A stretch of 64,000 bases of DNA from NCBI RefSeq assembly GCF_009914755.1, contig NC_060927.1. One strand, written 5' to 3'. Each line of letters begins with the position of its first letter. Position 1 is the first letter of the stretch. Positions 1-17,559 of the stretch are shown here, in pieces. A program made the position numbers and the translations under genes. The notes beneath the pieces are model-generated. The model was not told the origin of the DNA, did no database searches, and saw only the letters and a program-made list of their open reading frames with translations. This stretch comes from the human T2T-CHM13v2.0 reference genome, Homo sapiens.

Positions 1-157
1 GAGACTTTGAGTAACAAGCAAATGACCTCCAAATAAAAACCCTTAGGGCACAATGTGTTCAGAGAGGGGAGGAGGACACATTCAGATCCTCTAAGTGAGA
101 AAGAAAGCAAAATAGGAATAAAGTGAGAAAAATCATTCCCTAATCATTTGGTGGCTG

Positions 158-202
158 GTTTTGTTTTTTTGTTTTTGTTTTTGATTTTGTTTTTGTTTTT
201 TT
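158..202. repeat. T-rich (TTTTG)n-like simple repeat
   Basis: Runs of tttttg/ttttg visible directly. Confidence 0.8.
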
Positions 203-1164
203 CTGTCCCCTCTGAGCCATGGAAGATACTGGAGTTAACAAAAATTTTATAAACTAAAGAAAGCAACTTTATAATCTAAAAGAAAGCAACTTTCCCTCCT
301 GTCTTTTGAATTCTTATTCCTGAAAGAATGGATAATGAATCAGGAGATGAGCAAAAACGTATCTTTTACAAAGCTCTAGTCTTCCAAAAGTCTCTAAACT
401 CAAACGAAACCTTTTTAAAGTAGTTTTGTAAAAGCTCAAGGTATGCCATTTCCAGAAAGTTGCAGATGAGCACCATTGGCATTACCCAAATTCTGTCACA
501 CATTGAGCAATGAAATTCAGGAATTGGACAATGACCTCTTGGCATATGAAAGAATTAAAAGAGGGCTAGGGCTTAGGGCAGGGATCTAATCGGGGAGGAT
601 GTGCTGTCCAAGCCTCCCTCCCTCCTCCTTTCCTCGCCTTCAGGTAGATGGAAAGAAAGGTTCAGTCATCTGAGAGAATATCCGATTGTCCTTGAAATTT
701 TTTTCCCTATTGACAAAGCAAGGCATGAATGAATATTCAGTCTGATTAGATCTTCCACTTGACAATGACTGTCATTACCTGGCTAACAAAATAATATACA
801 TCTGTGTATGTGAAACCACAATGGCTGATGTTTCAAATTCTTAATACATTATAATCTGGTTGGATTGAGTGGCTAACAATGCCACAATCCCATGAGGTAA
901 ACAAAACATTCATCTCTGGATTTCCTCACCTCAGATCTAAGCATCTCCTGTCCATGCAGTACTGAAGATTTTGCACCATCACTTCTGTTTTTCTCATAAA
1001 TTCTTTATGAGGCTATTAGTCTCTAGGGTGCTCTTCTGAAACCAGAAGGAAATTTGGCTCACACACACACACACAAAAAGTTGCCATATAAAGGCAACTG
1101 CAAAATATAGTGGGAAGTTGGTGGAGGATGGAGTTTCACTGAGAATGGGACAGCAACATGATGG

Positions 1165-1340
1165 AAAGAACATGAACTTGAATTTCAGTTCTACCACTTA
1201 CTAGAAAGATGCCTTTGAACAAGTCTCAATTTCTGAATCTTCATTTGTTGCTCTGTAAAATGGGGTCATATTATCTCACAAAGTTGTCACAATAATTAAA
1301 ATGAGATCTTGTTTTCTAAGTCACCTGACATATATTAAGT
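1165..1340 (+). mobile_element. MIR SINE fragment
   Basis: MIR-like core: ttgaatttcagttctaccacttactag...ctctgtaaaatgggg...aaaatgagat. Confidence 0.65.
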
Positions 1341-1929
1341 GTGAAATCATTTTTCTTTCTCATTTTCTTTTTTATAACGCTCTCATAAATAGTAGGTGTA
1401 AGAGTTCTTCCCAGGATGTCTCATCAGAATTCAGAGAGTTACCTTTGCTGTTCCTTCCAGCAAGATCTGCAGTGTATTATTGCAGAGTCAGCTCGTGAAG
1501 TATGCATGAACTCTCTCTAAACTGGTGTTTTTAGCCAAGAAACAAACCACTTCATTGTAGGTGCCTGTGAATCAAAAGGGAAGGTTTCCATAGTACTTTT
1601 GCCTGTGCCAAATCCATACATCTGCATTTTTCAAGGGAAATTGCTGAAAAGATATTAAGAGAAAAACTTCCCTATACAGATATGTCTGAAATCCCCAAAT
1701 GCCACCCTAACAAAATCAATATTTTTATGAAATTGACAAAAGTTTAAAAAGAGAATTTTCTTTCTCCTGCAGCTTTCCTTGATTCATGAATTGCAGCATC
1801 AAAGAACTTAAACCAGAAAATACACCAAACTGTTGTTGTCACATTGATTCATGGTTGGTTAGATAAAACAAATAATCTTAGCTTTTAGTATCAACATGTC
1901 GAAATTTCAATAGCAGTGAAATATTGTCC

Positions 1930-2580
1930 ATTGTTCATTCATTTATTGATTCATATAATACGTATTGAATGCCTAACTTGGGCCAGGCAGTGTTCCAGGT
2001 GCTGGGAATAAAACAATGAATAGACAGGCAAATCATTCCTGCATTAATGGAGTTTAACAGTCTAGTGAGGAAAGAGATAATAAACATGTAAACGAATAAA
2101 TAAATGGTATAATTTCAGAGAATAAATACTATGAGAAAATATAACAAGATAACGCAGTTCCCTGGAAGTCAGCACTCAGACATTCTGAGACAATATTGCT
2201 TGAGCAGAAAGCTGAAGAACAAAATAGAGTCATAAAAAAATTAGAAGATAAAGCGGTCAGCCAAATGGAACAGCAAATGCCAAGGCCATAAGGCAGGAGC
2301 CAGGTAAGCATGTTTAGGGGCAAAAAGAAGGCTACTATACCTGGGCAATAAGGTCAGAGAGGAGGTGGGCTGTGCATCTCAAACCTGATTGTGAATAAAA
2401 ATCACCTGGAAATCTTGTTAAAATGCAGAATCTAATGGGGGTGGGATGCTGAGATTCTACATTTCTAAAAAGCTACCAGGTGATGCTGACACTGCTAGTT
2501 CATAGAGCTCACTTTGAGTAGCAAGGACATAGGGCCTTGCACACCATGGGAAAATGAATTTCCTGCGAGTTGAAATAGAA
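1930..2580 (-). mobile_element. L2 LINE 3' fragment, interrupted by MER5
   Basis: ttcattcatttattg...tattgaatgcct...gccaggcagtgttccaggtgctggg...aatgaatagacag is the reverse-complemented L2 3' end; L2-like sequence resumes after 2526. Confidence 0.7.
2374..2526. mobile_element. MER5-family hAT-Charlie MITE
   Basis: aatcacctgg...cttgttaaaatgcaga...ctgagattctacatttctaa...caggtgatgctga...cactttgagtagcaagg. Confidence 0.75.
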
Positions 2581-2814
2581 GGCCACACTTATCTGATGCC
2601 TTTACACCTAGAAAGCCCTTCTCAGTTACACAAAGGTCTCATTACCCTTTGGCATTTCCACACACCCACTACAAAACTAAGTACTTGATAAATGCACCAT
2701 AAATGCCTGCATTCAATGATAAGGCTAATGATCTAGATCCTGCTTTGTGGTTTGCCTAGTATTGGAAAGAGTAGCAAAAATAATGATGTAATGGGGTGAA
2801 GCAAAAAGTGGTGA

Positions 2815-3035
2815 GTGAATGGAAAGACTTTAGATGGGCTTTGAATCATATTTCTGGGTTCAAATTCTACATTACCATCTACAAGGTCTTTGGCAAATTG
2901 TTCAACTTCTCTGAGCCTTTATTTTCTCATTTAAAAATAGAAATAATATCCACTTCATCAGGGAGATGTGAAAATCACATGCAATAGTAAAGTGGAAGTT
3001 TCTTGCAATAGTAGATGCTCCATAAATGTTTATTC
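2815..3035 (+). mobile_element. MIR SINE
   Basis: ctgggttcaaattct...aacttctctgagcct...ttctcatttaaaaatag...tagatgctccataaatg. Confidence 0.7.
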
Positions 3036-3214
3036 TCTTTTTCTCTTCTTTCCAAGGTCCACCTGACTGTCAACACGATGACATTTGTATCAAATAGCAT
3101 CATGAATCTGTGAATTTTGTAGAGCACAACTGATTTCCAAATTAGGAATTCAGGGCCCACATCCATGTGAAGCAACTGATTATTCCTATAGCACTTGCTT
3201 ATTGCTGCTTTAAA

Positions 3215-3365
3215 GAAAACCTAGATTCTAGCCCTTATTCTAAACTAACCTGCTGGACAATCTTTGGTAAGTCCCTTGTCCATCTATGGACCTTAGTTCA
3301 TCTGTTAAATGAAAGAGTTGGAGTAGATGGTCCTGCCCAACCTTGGCATCTTCTGACTGTGATTA
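3215..3365 (+). mobile_element. MIR3-like SINE fragment
   Basis: cctagattctagccc...ttggtaagtccctt...catctgttaaatgaaagagttggagtagatg. Confidence 0.55.
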
Positions 3366-5264
3366 ACTTGGTGAGAGTTCTGAAAGTGGACTTGTTTTCC
3401 AGAAAACATAGCAGAAGCCTTGTAGCTGAGATATTTGGGTGATGAGATTCAAATTCATGAAGAAGACAGGATGAAACCCTTGTATATTAACCTTGGCCAG
3501 CAAATATCCTCATTCCTTTCTCTCCAATCCCATTATTGCAGGGACTAGAGTGCCAGAAATATTATCTTATTCTCACTGGATCTTTCATATTTTTAAAAGC
3601 AACTGACATCACAGGAAAAACTTGAGAACAAGACTTAATGGAATCAAATGTGCACTTCTCTGTTATTTTACTTTGTCACATAATAATGTTATAACCCTTT
3701 ATTTTCAAAAATATCTTTGAGATGAAAACAAATCTATAAAATTGCTAGTATTTTTAAAACTTGAAAAAGTTTAAGGAGGATGTTTATGGCTTTATATCTG
3801 TTCTGGTCTTCAACCATCTACTCCTCCAATCCTCCCTCACCCCAGTTTAGGGTTTTTTAAGGTTTTTGTTTGTCTGCTTGGTTTTTATTATTGTTTTTAC
3901 AATTAAATAAAATAAAAATTAAAATAACCCCAACAGCAAATATCTTCAGATGCTAGAGGATTACAACTCCTGAGAGGCTTAGGTTGAAAAAGGAACTAAT
4001 GCATCTTGTCTAAAGGTGTATATTTGAGATAAATCGTTTTCCAATGAATACTTAGAAATAAGCAGAGATTATTTCTTAAAAGGTCAGGTGCTTCATCTCA
4101 ACAGAATGTTTTTCCACCTCTTTCAGAGGAGACCACTTACTTTCAGATATATCAACAAAAGTGCCCCTTCCCTTAGACCTAGCCAAAATGAAGAATCTCT
4201 TTATAGCTTTATTTACTCTCTGCCTTTGAGAGTTTTGCTGTTTGCCTTCTTTATCCTGATGCTTTGAAGGCTTGGAGTATTGAATAAATGGAGAAAAGAT
4301 CTAAGAACCAAGTAATGGAGACACACAGTTCAGTTTCAGAGAGCTCACGGCAACCACAGAACACACGATGATTAAGAGATTAAATTATGTGACCAAAGGT
4401 AGACCCTAAATCCTCCAAATTATATATGTTTCCCAGATCCATGGGTCTACAGAGCTGGCAAAGGAGCAGGTGCTGCTTACCCAAAACATTGGCTCCTTTA
4501 GCATCATCTGTGCTCTTTCCCAGCCAAGGGCACCTATAATTACCTCCCATAAGCTGAACTCTCAACCCTGCCTCGCTCCACACATACCCACTGCTGAAAA
4601 TTGTATTGGCAATTAATTTGTCAGGAAAATGCTAGGGGATGTGAACACTGGTAATTTTGTACCATAGATATTCAAATTAAACCTCGAGCCTGAGTATTTT
4701 CAGTGTCAAATTGTAGCATAGTTGCAGAAAAAGAGAGAAACACAAACTTCCTCCTGCTATCTCCTGACTAGAGGTGAAAAAGAATGTTCCATGTGGATGT
4801 GATAACCTTGGCTCCATCTCTAGGGTTGACTTGGGAACATGAACAACAAAACACACTAATTATGGGTGATACCTTTTGTGCTCCTCTTTGAGTGAAAGGA
4901 GATGGGGTTGGTGGTTGTTCTGTATCATTCCTCAAGTGACAAGAATCATTTTAATGACCAGTAGCGTCAGATACCAATAACTTGTAGAAGCCCACTCCAA
5001 TTCTGCACCTGATTTTCGTGAGATTACTGTGAGAGTACTGTGTTTATAGACCCTTGGTCAATTGACAGCCATGAAAATAGCATAGGACAAAAGAGCACCA
5101 GCATAACACCAAACAGAAAGTCCCCCAAACTATCTCATGTACACAAGGAAAGCCTCTGGAACACTGGAGCTGAATCAAAACAAAGAGCTTAAAGCTTCAG
5201 ATTCTCCTGGGACTATTGTTTTAAAGATTCATTTTGTTAATTATTTTGAAAGAAGAAAGAAAAT

Positions 5265-5340
5265 TAACATTGACAGCCTACTTCAAGTCAAAAATTGTGC
5301 ATACATTACATCATTTAATCTTTATATCACACTCATTAGG
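5265..5340 (-). mobile_element. MIR fragment (left part of a split element)
   Basis: aacattgacagcctact...tacatcatttaatcttt resembles reverse-complemented MIR; continues at about 10192. Confidence 0.45.
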
Positions 5341-5457
5341 ACCCAGGTGCAGTGGGTCATGCCTATAATCAAAATGATCTGGGAGGCTGAGGCAAGAGGA
5401 CAACTTGAGACCAGGAATTTGAGACCAGCCTGGGCAACATAGCAATACCCTCATCTG

Positions 5458-5494
<37 letters not shown>

Positions 5495-5661
5495 TAGCTG
5501 GGCATGGTGGTACATGCCTGTACTCCCAGCAACTCAGCAGGCTGAGATGGGAGGATTGATTGAGCCCAAGAGTTGGAGATAGAAGTGAGCTATGATCAGG
5601 CCTTTGCCCTCGAGCCTGGTGACAGAACGAGATCATATTATATATATATATATATATATAT
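5341..5661 (+). mobile_element. AluJ-type element with (TA)n in linker and tail
   Basis: Diverged dimeric Alu with J-type features (gcctgggcaacatagc, gggaggattgattgagccc); (TA)15 at 5461-5490 and (TA)n at about 5639-5661. Confidence 0.85.
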
Positions 5662-10178
<4,517 letters not shown>

Positions 10179-10191
10179 GCATATCTAATAT

Positions 10192-10297
10192 ATATGTGTC
10201 ATCATCTTTTTACAGAAATTTAGGTTTATGGATTAAGTAACTATATGACTCAGCCAGTATCCATTATTTGTATAATTCAAACTCAAGTCTTCTGGGC
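10192..10297 (-). mobile_element. MIR fragment (right part of a split element)
   Basis: atcatctttttacaga...ggattaagtaact...aattcaaactcaagtcttctg resembles reverse-complemented MIR core and B-box region. Confidence 0.5.
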
Positions 10298-10809
10298 TTC
10301 TCCTTATTCTGAAAAATTCAAATTTCTGTCAAGAACCCCTTAGGGTAGAGAGGAGGACACATGGAATGGGTTAGCATATGAAATTCTTTCATGAGGTCTT
10401 CTAATCTACCATGTGTTGATTAACTACATGATATATTTCAAACATATATACACCAAGACCTTGGAATGTTCATAAGTGCTGTTGGGACTAATGAAATCTA
10501 GATGGCTGTAAGTGTTACTGAACTCATAGCATCTTATTATTCCATATGTTTTTCCATCAGGGGATACCAAAAGTGTAATATTATCACATAGATAGATGAA
10601 TATTTTTGCCATTAGGGGTCATTCTCAAGAACCACCACTGTTCACCATACAGCTTCCTGAATCTACTCTTTAACATGTAACGCAAGCTGAGCACCACAGA
10701 ATTAAATTATTGCACCATGTGGCCACTTACATGACAAATGAAAGCCATCATACTTGACTTTAGGCTCAAGAGAGAAATATTTCACCTGAGCATGGTGACC
10801 ATTTTGCAA

Positions 10810-10972
10810 ATTATGACCTAAGAAATATGAGGGACTTGATTTTAAAAGTCATATTCTTAGGCATCGCCTCAGATCTATTAAGTCAAACTCTGTGGAGATG
10901 GGGCCCACAAAATCATATTTTTTTAAACTCCCTAGGAAATTCTGTTACCCATAAAGTCTGAGAATCACCAGT
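10810..10972. mobile_element. MER5B-like MITE
   Basis: cctcagatctattaagtcaaactctgtggagatggggccc...ttttaaactccctagg...aagtctgagaatcaccag. Confidence 0.65.
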
Positions 10973-13001
10973 GAAAATGGATACCATGAATAAGTACTGA
11001 CTATATAATACTGCATTTAAATAAGATTCAAGGATTAGCATAAACGTACATAGGATGTAAGGCCTTGAACATAGTGGTTCTTGTCCCTGAAGAAAAGAGA
11101 CTATGAACTGCTAACATGTTATTAGCCAAGCGGGACTTTTTTCCCTATACTGAGATGTGAGGATGCTCTTCCAGACCAAATTTAAGATTTTTTATAAATC
11201 CTCTCTCTCTCCTACTTAATATAGCATAGCACAAACATCATTCATTAATATTGATATAGCCTCTGTCCTTATTGTTACTGTTTGCTGCATTTCATTTCAT
11301 TTGTTTTCACATTCAGATATTCATTCCTTGACATATGTTGAAAATTGAATATGAGAGTTTATCCTGGTGAGTCTGTGAAGATAACTGTTGCCATGAAAAC
11401 CAAATTGTCCTTAGAAGCTGATAAGAAAATGGAAACCTCAATGTGATGAACAGTGTGGAACCTTGAATTCTCACCATCCAGGATCAGCAAGAAGCTTCCA
11501 CCTTTAAGGTCAACTTCAAGTGATTGGTAGTGGCCTCCTAGGCACTGTGTGAAGAAAGATTCTGAGTCCACACCTAAGCCTAGACCAAGAGAATAGAGTA
11601 GTGGAATTGATCATGGGCAAGGTGGCAGCAAAGTGCCAGGCATTTGCTATTCTTCCTCTTAGAAGTTCAATATTTGCAGTGGAAATATGTTCCAGATTAC
11701 ATAACATGCAAAGTCAGAATTCCAGAAATTTCTCTTTCATATCTGACATTTAATGTAAGAGAAGCAGGATCCAAAAAGGACAAATTTCCAAAGCTACATA
11801 ACTACTTGACAATGAATACCAATGCTAGAACCATTTCACACCCATAAAATGTCTCACAATGTGACAAATTCCCTTTAACCTTAGCCATATCTGTTACATA
11901 GCTTCTAGAAAGAAAGTTGAGAAAATTTCCACCATGCCAAATCAGCAGGCAGTTCTCCTGAACAGTATGTCATGATGCCGTATCCCTCTATCAAGTTGAC
12001 CCCCAAACCATCAAAAAATAATCTGTAATAGTCCAACCCCAAAGGAACCAAACCAGATAATGACTGAGTTTGCTCTCTTAAGCAGAAATGCATTTCCAGA
12101 AAAGGTGGGGAGAAGGGGGCGGTTATCTGGGATAAAGTCAGCTCTGTGAAACAGGACAGACTGAGTGAATGCCACATGTTGTGATGTGCTTTCTTCCCTG
12201 GAACCTACTGAGTTGAGGGCTGGAGTATAGGCCTACAGGAGGGTGGTTATAGATTCTCCTTCCCAAATGCACTTTGAAATGCATCTTCATTGAGCCAGTA
12301 ATTAAAGAAATGCATTTTTCCTGATGATGGACTTCCGCAGATAGAGATGCTCACAGCTTTATAGATCTCTCACATCTCTAACAATTAGATACCATTCCTC
12401 TACTCCAGACAACTGAGACTAAAAGGAAAATTAGCATCATAAGCATTTCAGCACCTTCCTTCTCTTAGAACCACTAGATAGTGCCCTTTCATTTCTCTGC
12501 TCTTTCCTTCTAATGGTTTTAAATGGATTTCTTAAAAAACAAATCCTGTACAGAATGTTCCTCCAATCTGTAGAGATAAACACAATTGGTGCCCATAAAG
12601 AAACTGATGCTCCATACAAGCAGCTTAATCAGAATCATCCTAGAGTGTAGGCATTGTCTACACATGATTACAGAAAGAAAGGGAATGAAAGCAGAGTACA
12701 AGGACTGAGGCAAGCTGGAGGTGGTCCCTGCAGCAGTATCCTGTGATGCTTGGCAACAGGAAATGAGATTAAAGAAATGTATCTCATTCCCCAAATATGA
12801 GGCTTTTCCAATTTACTACATCTCCTCTATACCTGGCCAGGTGTGATAAACTACAAGGATAAGGGGTGAGAGGAAAGGAGCAAGAAGCTGCAACTAGATC
12901 TTCTGCTAGGTTTACAGGTGGGCTCTACTGGCAGCACAGACGCTAGTTTATTCGGGGACCTTGTGCAAATTAGAAAAAGGTAACCCTTGCTCAAAACACT
13001 T

Positions 13002-13019
13002 TACTGCCATCTGCTGGAA
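13002..13019 (-). promoter_or_regulatory. Candidate CTCF site
   Basis: Minus strand reads CCAGCAGATGGCAGTA, matching the CCASYAGRKGGCR core; motif only, no occupancy data. Confidence 0.5.
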
Positions 13020-13399
13020 TGTTGTCAAAATAACTATTCACATCTAGAGTCACTACAAGAAAATATCCCCTGGAGGAGTGCCCTGTTGCTTACAACCCAA
13101 ACAATTGTAAATTGAGGTTGCCTTGGGAGGAAATCTAGTCTGGCAGGTGAAACAGGAAATCCCAAGACTGTACAAGCATGGTTTTGGGCCAGTCTATATC
13201 AGGAGACCACAACATGTAAATCAAGATAAGGCATAAGCCATGATGAAGCACTCCAGGGGGAGCCCAGGCTCAGGAAGCCAGTGGAGTCATTGCCTCTGCA
13301 GTGAGGCTGATCATACAACCAGTTGCTGATGGAGGCAGAAGAAACTCAGCAAGTCCGAGACAGGCCCTAGCACCAACCAGACTGAGGGAGTAGGGCAGA

Positions 13400-13640
13400 C
13401 TCCAGTGCACAGAATCAGACACAGATCTTCAGAAAATGAACGTAATTGCAAGGAAATAAGTAATTGCAACACAGGCTGTATAAGCACCCCACCATAGAAG
13501 TTAGCACAGAGGGCTGTAGGAGCACATAACAGGTGCACTTAACCCCATCTTGGAGTACCTGAAAAGGGTTCCAGAAGAAGCAGTAACTAAGGTAAAACCT
13601 AGATAGAACACAGTTCCTGCCCTCAAGGAGTTTAGAGAAT
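13400..13640 (-). mobile_element. L2 fragments
   Basis: agcacagagggctgtaggagcaca...aagggttccagaagaag; cagttcctgccctcaaggagttta. Confidence 0.5.
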
Positions 13641-13645
13641 AGGTC

Positions 13646-13936
13646 TGACCTATCTAATACAGTAGCCAGTAGCCACATGTAGCTATTGAGCCCTTGAAAT
13701 GTGGCCGGTGCAATGGAGGAACTACAATTTTAATTTTATTTAATTTTCATTTTAAAACTGAAGCAATGCAAAATATTTTTTCCATTAAACACAACTTTAT
13801 TGTTTGGTAGGATTACGTTTCACTCTAACCATTGCATTGGATAAGATATTACTGTTGTATTGTAATGTACATGTATTTTTCTCCTTTTAGAAAAATTACA
13901 TGTCACCCTCATTATATTTCTATTAGATAGTACTGC
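13646..13936. mobile_element. hAT-Charlie element (MER3/MER33/Charlie5-type ends)
   Basis: tctaatacagtagccagtagccacatgtagctattgagc...cattatatttctattagatagtactg. Confidence 0.7.
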
Positions 13937-14254
13937 TTTAGACCAAAGAGATAGTCATACAGTCTGAAAAGTAAAGTATTCATTATAATGCTGGGATAGA
14001 AATAGGCTCACCTAGTACTCACTGTTATCTGGAAATATTAAACAAAATGCTCAGAAGATCCTAGATGGCAGAGAAAAGAACACGTATTAAAAGCAAATGA
14101 ATGTAAGCTGAATTTATAAATAAATGGGTGGCACATACTTAAGCAGAGAATGTAGAGGAGCACCTCATAATCTGACAGAGACTTGTCCTTACCCTGGGTT
14201 AGAGTCTGTGGCTGTTACAGATGTGGAAATATGATGTTCACTTTTATTACATCA

Positions 14255-14725
14255 GTCAGTGTGCATTAGGCTACAAATAACAAAAAGTCTAACAGCCAGT
14301 AGCTTCAACTTTAAAAGACATCCATGGTTTACTGTTTAAAAACCCAGAGGTAAAAAAATCTATGGGTGGTTCAGCAGGTGAAATGTGTCTTCAAAAATTC
14401 AGTAACTACTATCCTTTTCTCCACCTTCCGAAGGATTCAGTGTTTTATCATAGACTTGTCACTTGAAGGTCCCAAGGCAAGAAGCAATAGGGGTGGGAAC
14501 AGCCAAGTTAGAGAATTTTTCCTTTAGGACATTGACATTCCAGTTCTATCCCTAGCTTCCAAGGAGGCAGAGATAGCAATTATCTGGCAAAGGAGAGCCA
14601 GAAAGCCATAATATGTTTACACAAATCCTAAGTGTTCCATTGAAACTGGACATATTGCTGCCAGGAATTATACTGTGGTCCTATTAGCAAGGACTAAAGG
14701 AAGGTAATGCATAATGTCTGCAGCA
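14255..14725 (-). mobile_element. Old ERVL/MaLR-type LTR (MLT1/LTR33-like)
   Basis: cagtcagtgtgcattaggctacaaataacaaaaa...cctagcttccaaggaggc...cctattagcaagga...aatgtctgcagca. Confidence 0.5.
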
Positions 14726-15499
14726 TTCACTAATTGTTTCATGATATTTAAATCTCCTATATTCTGATTCTTAGCAGGTACTTGGCTAAAAGACACTTTT
14801 AAATGAGAAAACATAAATTTTTTATAATCATATATAAAGGAGGAGAGCTACGAAAACTCTAGCCAAATCAAAGCTGTAGTAATCCAATGGCAACTTGCCT
14901 GTGATTCTCTTATTCTCATTCAGGAAAAGTGGTGTTATCTCAGTCCATTATCTTCACTGAGAAGAACAAGTATGGGATTCACAATGACTGAACTGAAAAA
15001 CTTGTTTTTACTGAGAAAAAAATGAATTGTTTCTAGTATTCTTATAAAGGGATGAGAAACCTGTAAATTGCTCAGCATTATTGAACCAAGAACAAGTTAT
15101 TTTTCAAATTTTTCCAAGTAACAATGGTTGTAAATGGAATGCTGTCCTCAGTGATTTTAAGACACATTTCTTAAAAAAAAATATTAGGAGCTATAAACTG
15201 AAAACTGAAGAGTGGGAAGCAATAATAAATATCAATAATCTTGGCCACTGAGGAAAAGGAATCTCCATGTGATAATCACATGGAAATTCAAATGTGCCTT
15301 CATGATATACTTCATAGTATTCTTGTAAACCACTTCCATGGAATGCCTTGCCACCAGGAGAGGCCACACAGATCACCCTCTGCAAGGACATGTCAGTGCA
15401 AAGAAAGGAATGACACAGACATAAATCAAATGAAACTGAATTATGTTTAATAATTAGAAGTACATGTGGGCCTTTCATTTCTAAAGGTATTTATTCCAT

Positions 15500-15904
15500 T
15501 TCTATTTGTTTCTAGAAGCTAAAGTGGGTCCTGGCAATACAAGAGAAAAGAGCACTAGGTCCTACCCACAATCTGTTCATAGCCTAATGGGAGAGACACA
15601 TGGGAAAACAAATGCCATTAGAATAACGAGTCTTTTAGTAATAAAGACAAGAGGCTATAAAAATGTCTTGTAGAGGAGGTGATATTTTACTTGAGTTTTT
15701 TAAATGAATAAACACTTTCCAGGGAGACAATGAGCTAAAGGAGAGTTCTGGATGAGAACCCAAAGGCAGCCATTTGATAAGCAGAATGGTGGTTGAAGAA
15801 CTAGGCAAATTGTTCCACAATGCGTGTAATAAAGAGGATTCGATGGCTCTGAAAGAACAGAAAGAAAAAGGCAGAGACAACATGCAAAGGGCCTTGTACT
15901 GCAC
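15500..15904 (-). mobile_element. L2 fragment
   Basis: gcctaatgggagagaca...gaggaggtgatattttacttgag...catgcaaagggccttgta. Confidence 0.5.
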
Positions 15905-16150
15905 TACAGTGAAGTAGTAAGTACAGAGTTTTGCAATTGAAAAGACCTAAAATCGTGTCCCAGCCCCTTCACTACAAGCCATGTGATTTTTAATAAGACA
16001 TTTCCATTTTCTGAGGCTCAATTCTTCTCTTCATCTATAAAATGTGGGTAATAAATACTTCCCAGGGCTCTTGTGTGGATGAAATAAGATAATGATTATA
16101 AAAGTACTTGGTAAACTGCAAAGCAGTATATTGGCATCCATTATGCTTAT
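15905..16150 (+). mobile_element. MIR SINE
   Basis: gtcccagccccttcactac...tgtgattt...tctgaggctca...tcatctataaaatg...aagtacttggtaaactgcaaagc. Confidence 0.7.
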
Positions 16151-16598
16151 CAATATACATGCATTGTGGTTAAGTGGGATATAAAATCAGGGCAACCTGT
16201 ATTCACATTACCATCCAGGAACAATTGTACTACTGTTTCCCAGTGAATTAGTGGAGGCAAAACGGGCTGCAAACTAGCTTAAGTTGTGAGAACTCATCTA
16301 ACAGCGAAAATAATGCTAATTAACTGTATCGTGACTCTAGTGGCAGAGAGCCACTAAAGACTACTTCTGAAAGTGCTGAAAACTTAGTAGATGGGCCTAT
16401 TGATGTAAGTCAGTGGTGGTTTTATAGATACCTTTCATGGAGCTGTTTCATTTCTATCTGAACCTGTTAGCTGCTGAGCATACCCCAGTCCTTTCCCATG
16501 GAAAAATAAGGCAGCTGTGTTACTAGGAGCAATGGTCAAATGTACTGATTACAGCTTCACCACCACTACCAGCATCCCAATGGTGCCTGTGGAACCTT

Positions 16599-16612
16599 GT
16601 TACCACGGCAAC
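16599..16612. promoter_or_regulatory. Candidate RFX X-box
   Basis: GTTACCACGGCAAC matches GTNRCC-N2-RGYAAC with both half-sites intact. Confidence 0.45.
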
Positions 16613-17559
16613 CATTTACAAACCCTTCAAAAGGTCTTTCTAAGGAGTTCTGCTGGAGTATAAGCTATAACCAAAGCCAGAGCTGGCTCAAATAAGTAAA
16701 TCTGAGCTCTAGCTTCAGCTATGTCCCTAAATATTTCTAAGGTTTGAGAAATGATCTCAACTTATTAGGCTTTGATTGCTCCTTATCCAGAGAAAGGTTA
16801 GTCTTCACTTTTATAAGGCTCTGTGAACACCGTCCTTCAAATGGATAATTATTGAGAGCCCACACTATAACAGGTACTTTACAAATAAGGTTCTCCACCA
16901 GGAGCCTTCATGGCTATACGTTTTCATCCAGCATTTGTAATGGTTTCCTTCAGTCTCATTTCTCTTTTCTGAGCCATCCAAGTGACCTTCTCCACCAAAG
17001 GTGAGCCTTTTTAGAAAGATGCAGTTGCTCTTTCAAAAACTTGCATCTTTATAAATAAATGGCAAAGCCTTTGTAATATTTCTTAAAGAGTGAATCGGGC
17101 TGTCAAAGTTGTCTTACAGGCTTTCCAAGGAGCTCTGGTGCAGGAGTTCATGAGTCCAAGGTCCCAGGGGAGCAATGTGCTGATATGCATAAGGATCTCA
17201 ACATCATTTATTAGTGTACTTAAAGTAAAAGGAAAGATGAACTTTTCATAGGAAGATCTAAGTTTAAAGCTCTATTTAATTCATTCTGTGTAACCTTGGA
17301 TAAGTCACTTGATTTCTCATCCACTGTGATCAAATCTAAAAATATTAAGACTATCTCTCAAGATTGTTGTTAGACTCAAATAAGATACAGTATATGTGAA
17401 AATTATTTAAGAGCATATGTTGTTACTTTCTCATATACCAACCTGTCCTCTATACTAACTAATTCTAAAATGGTACATGACAAATATTGAGCTAAGGTGT
17501 AAGGACTGGTCAGACAGCCAGAACCAGATGAGGAAACACAATAAGAATGACTACTCTGA

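Noticed and set aside
158-640. T-rich tract followed by 3'UTR-like unique sequence, suggesting a minus-strand retrocopy; also a short direct repeat aaagaaagcaacttt near 256-292
   Set aside because: No TSD found, no clear poly-A signal next to the tract, and I cannot identify a parent gene; needs BLASTN.
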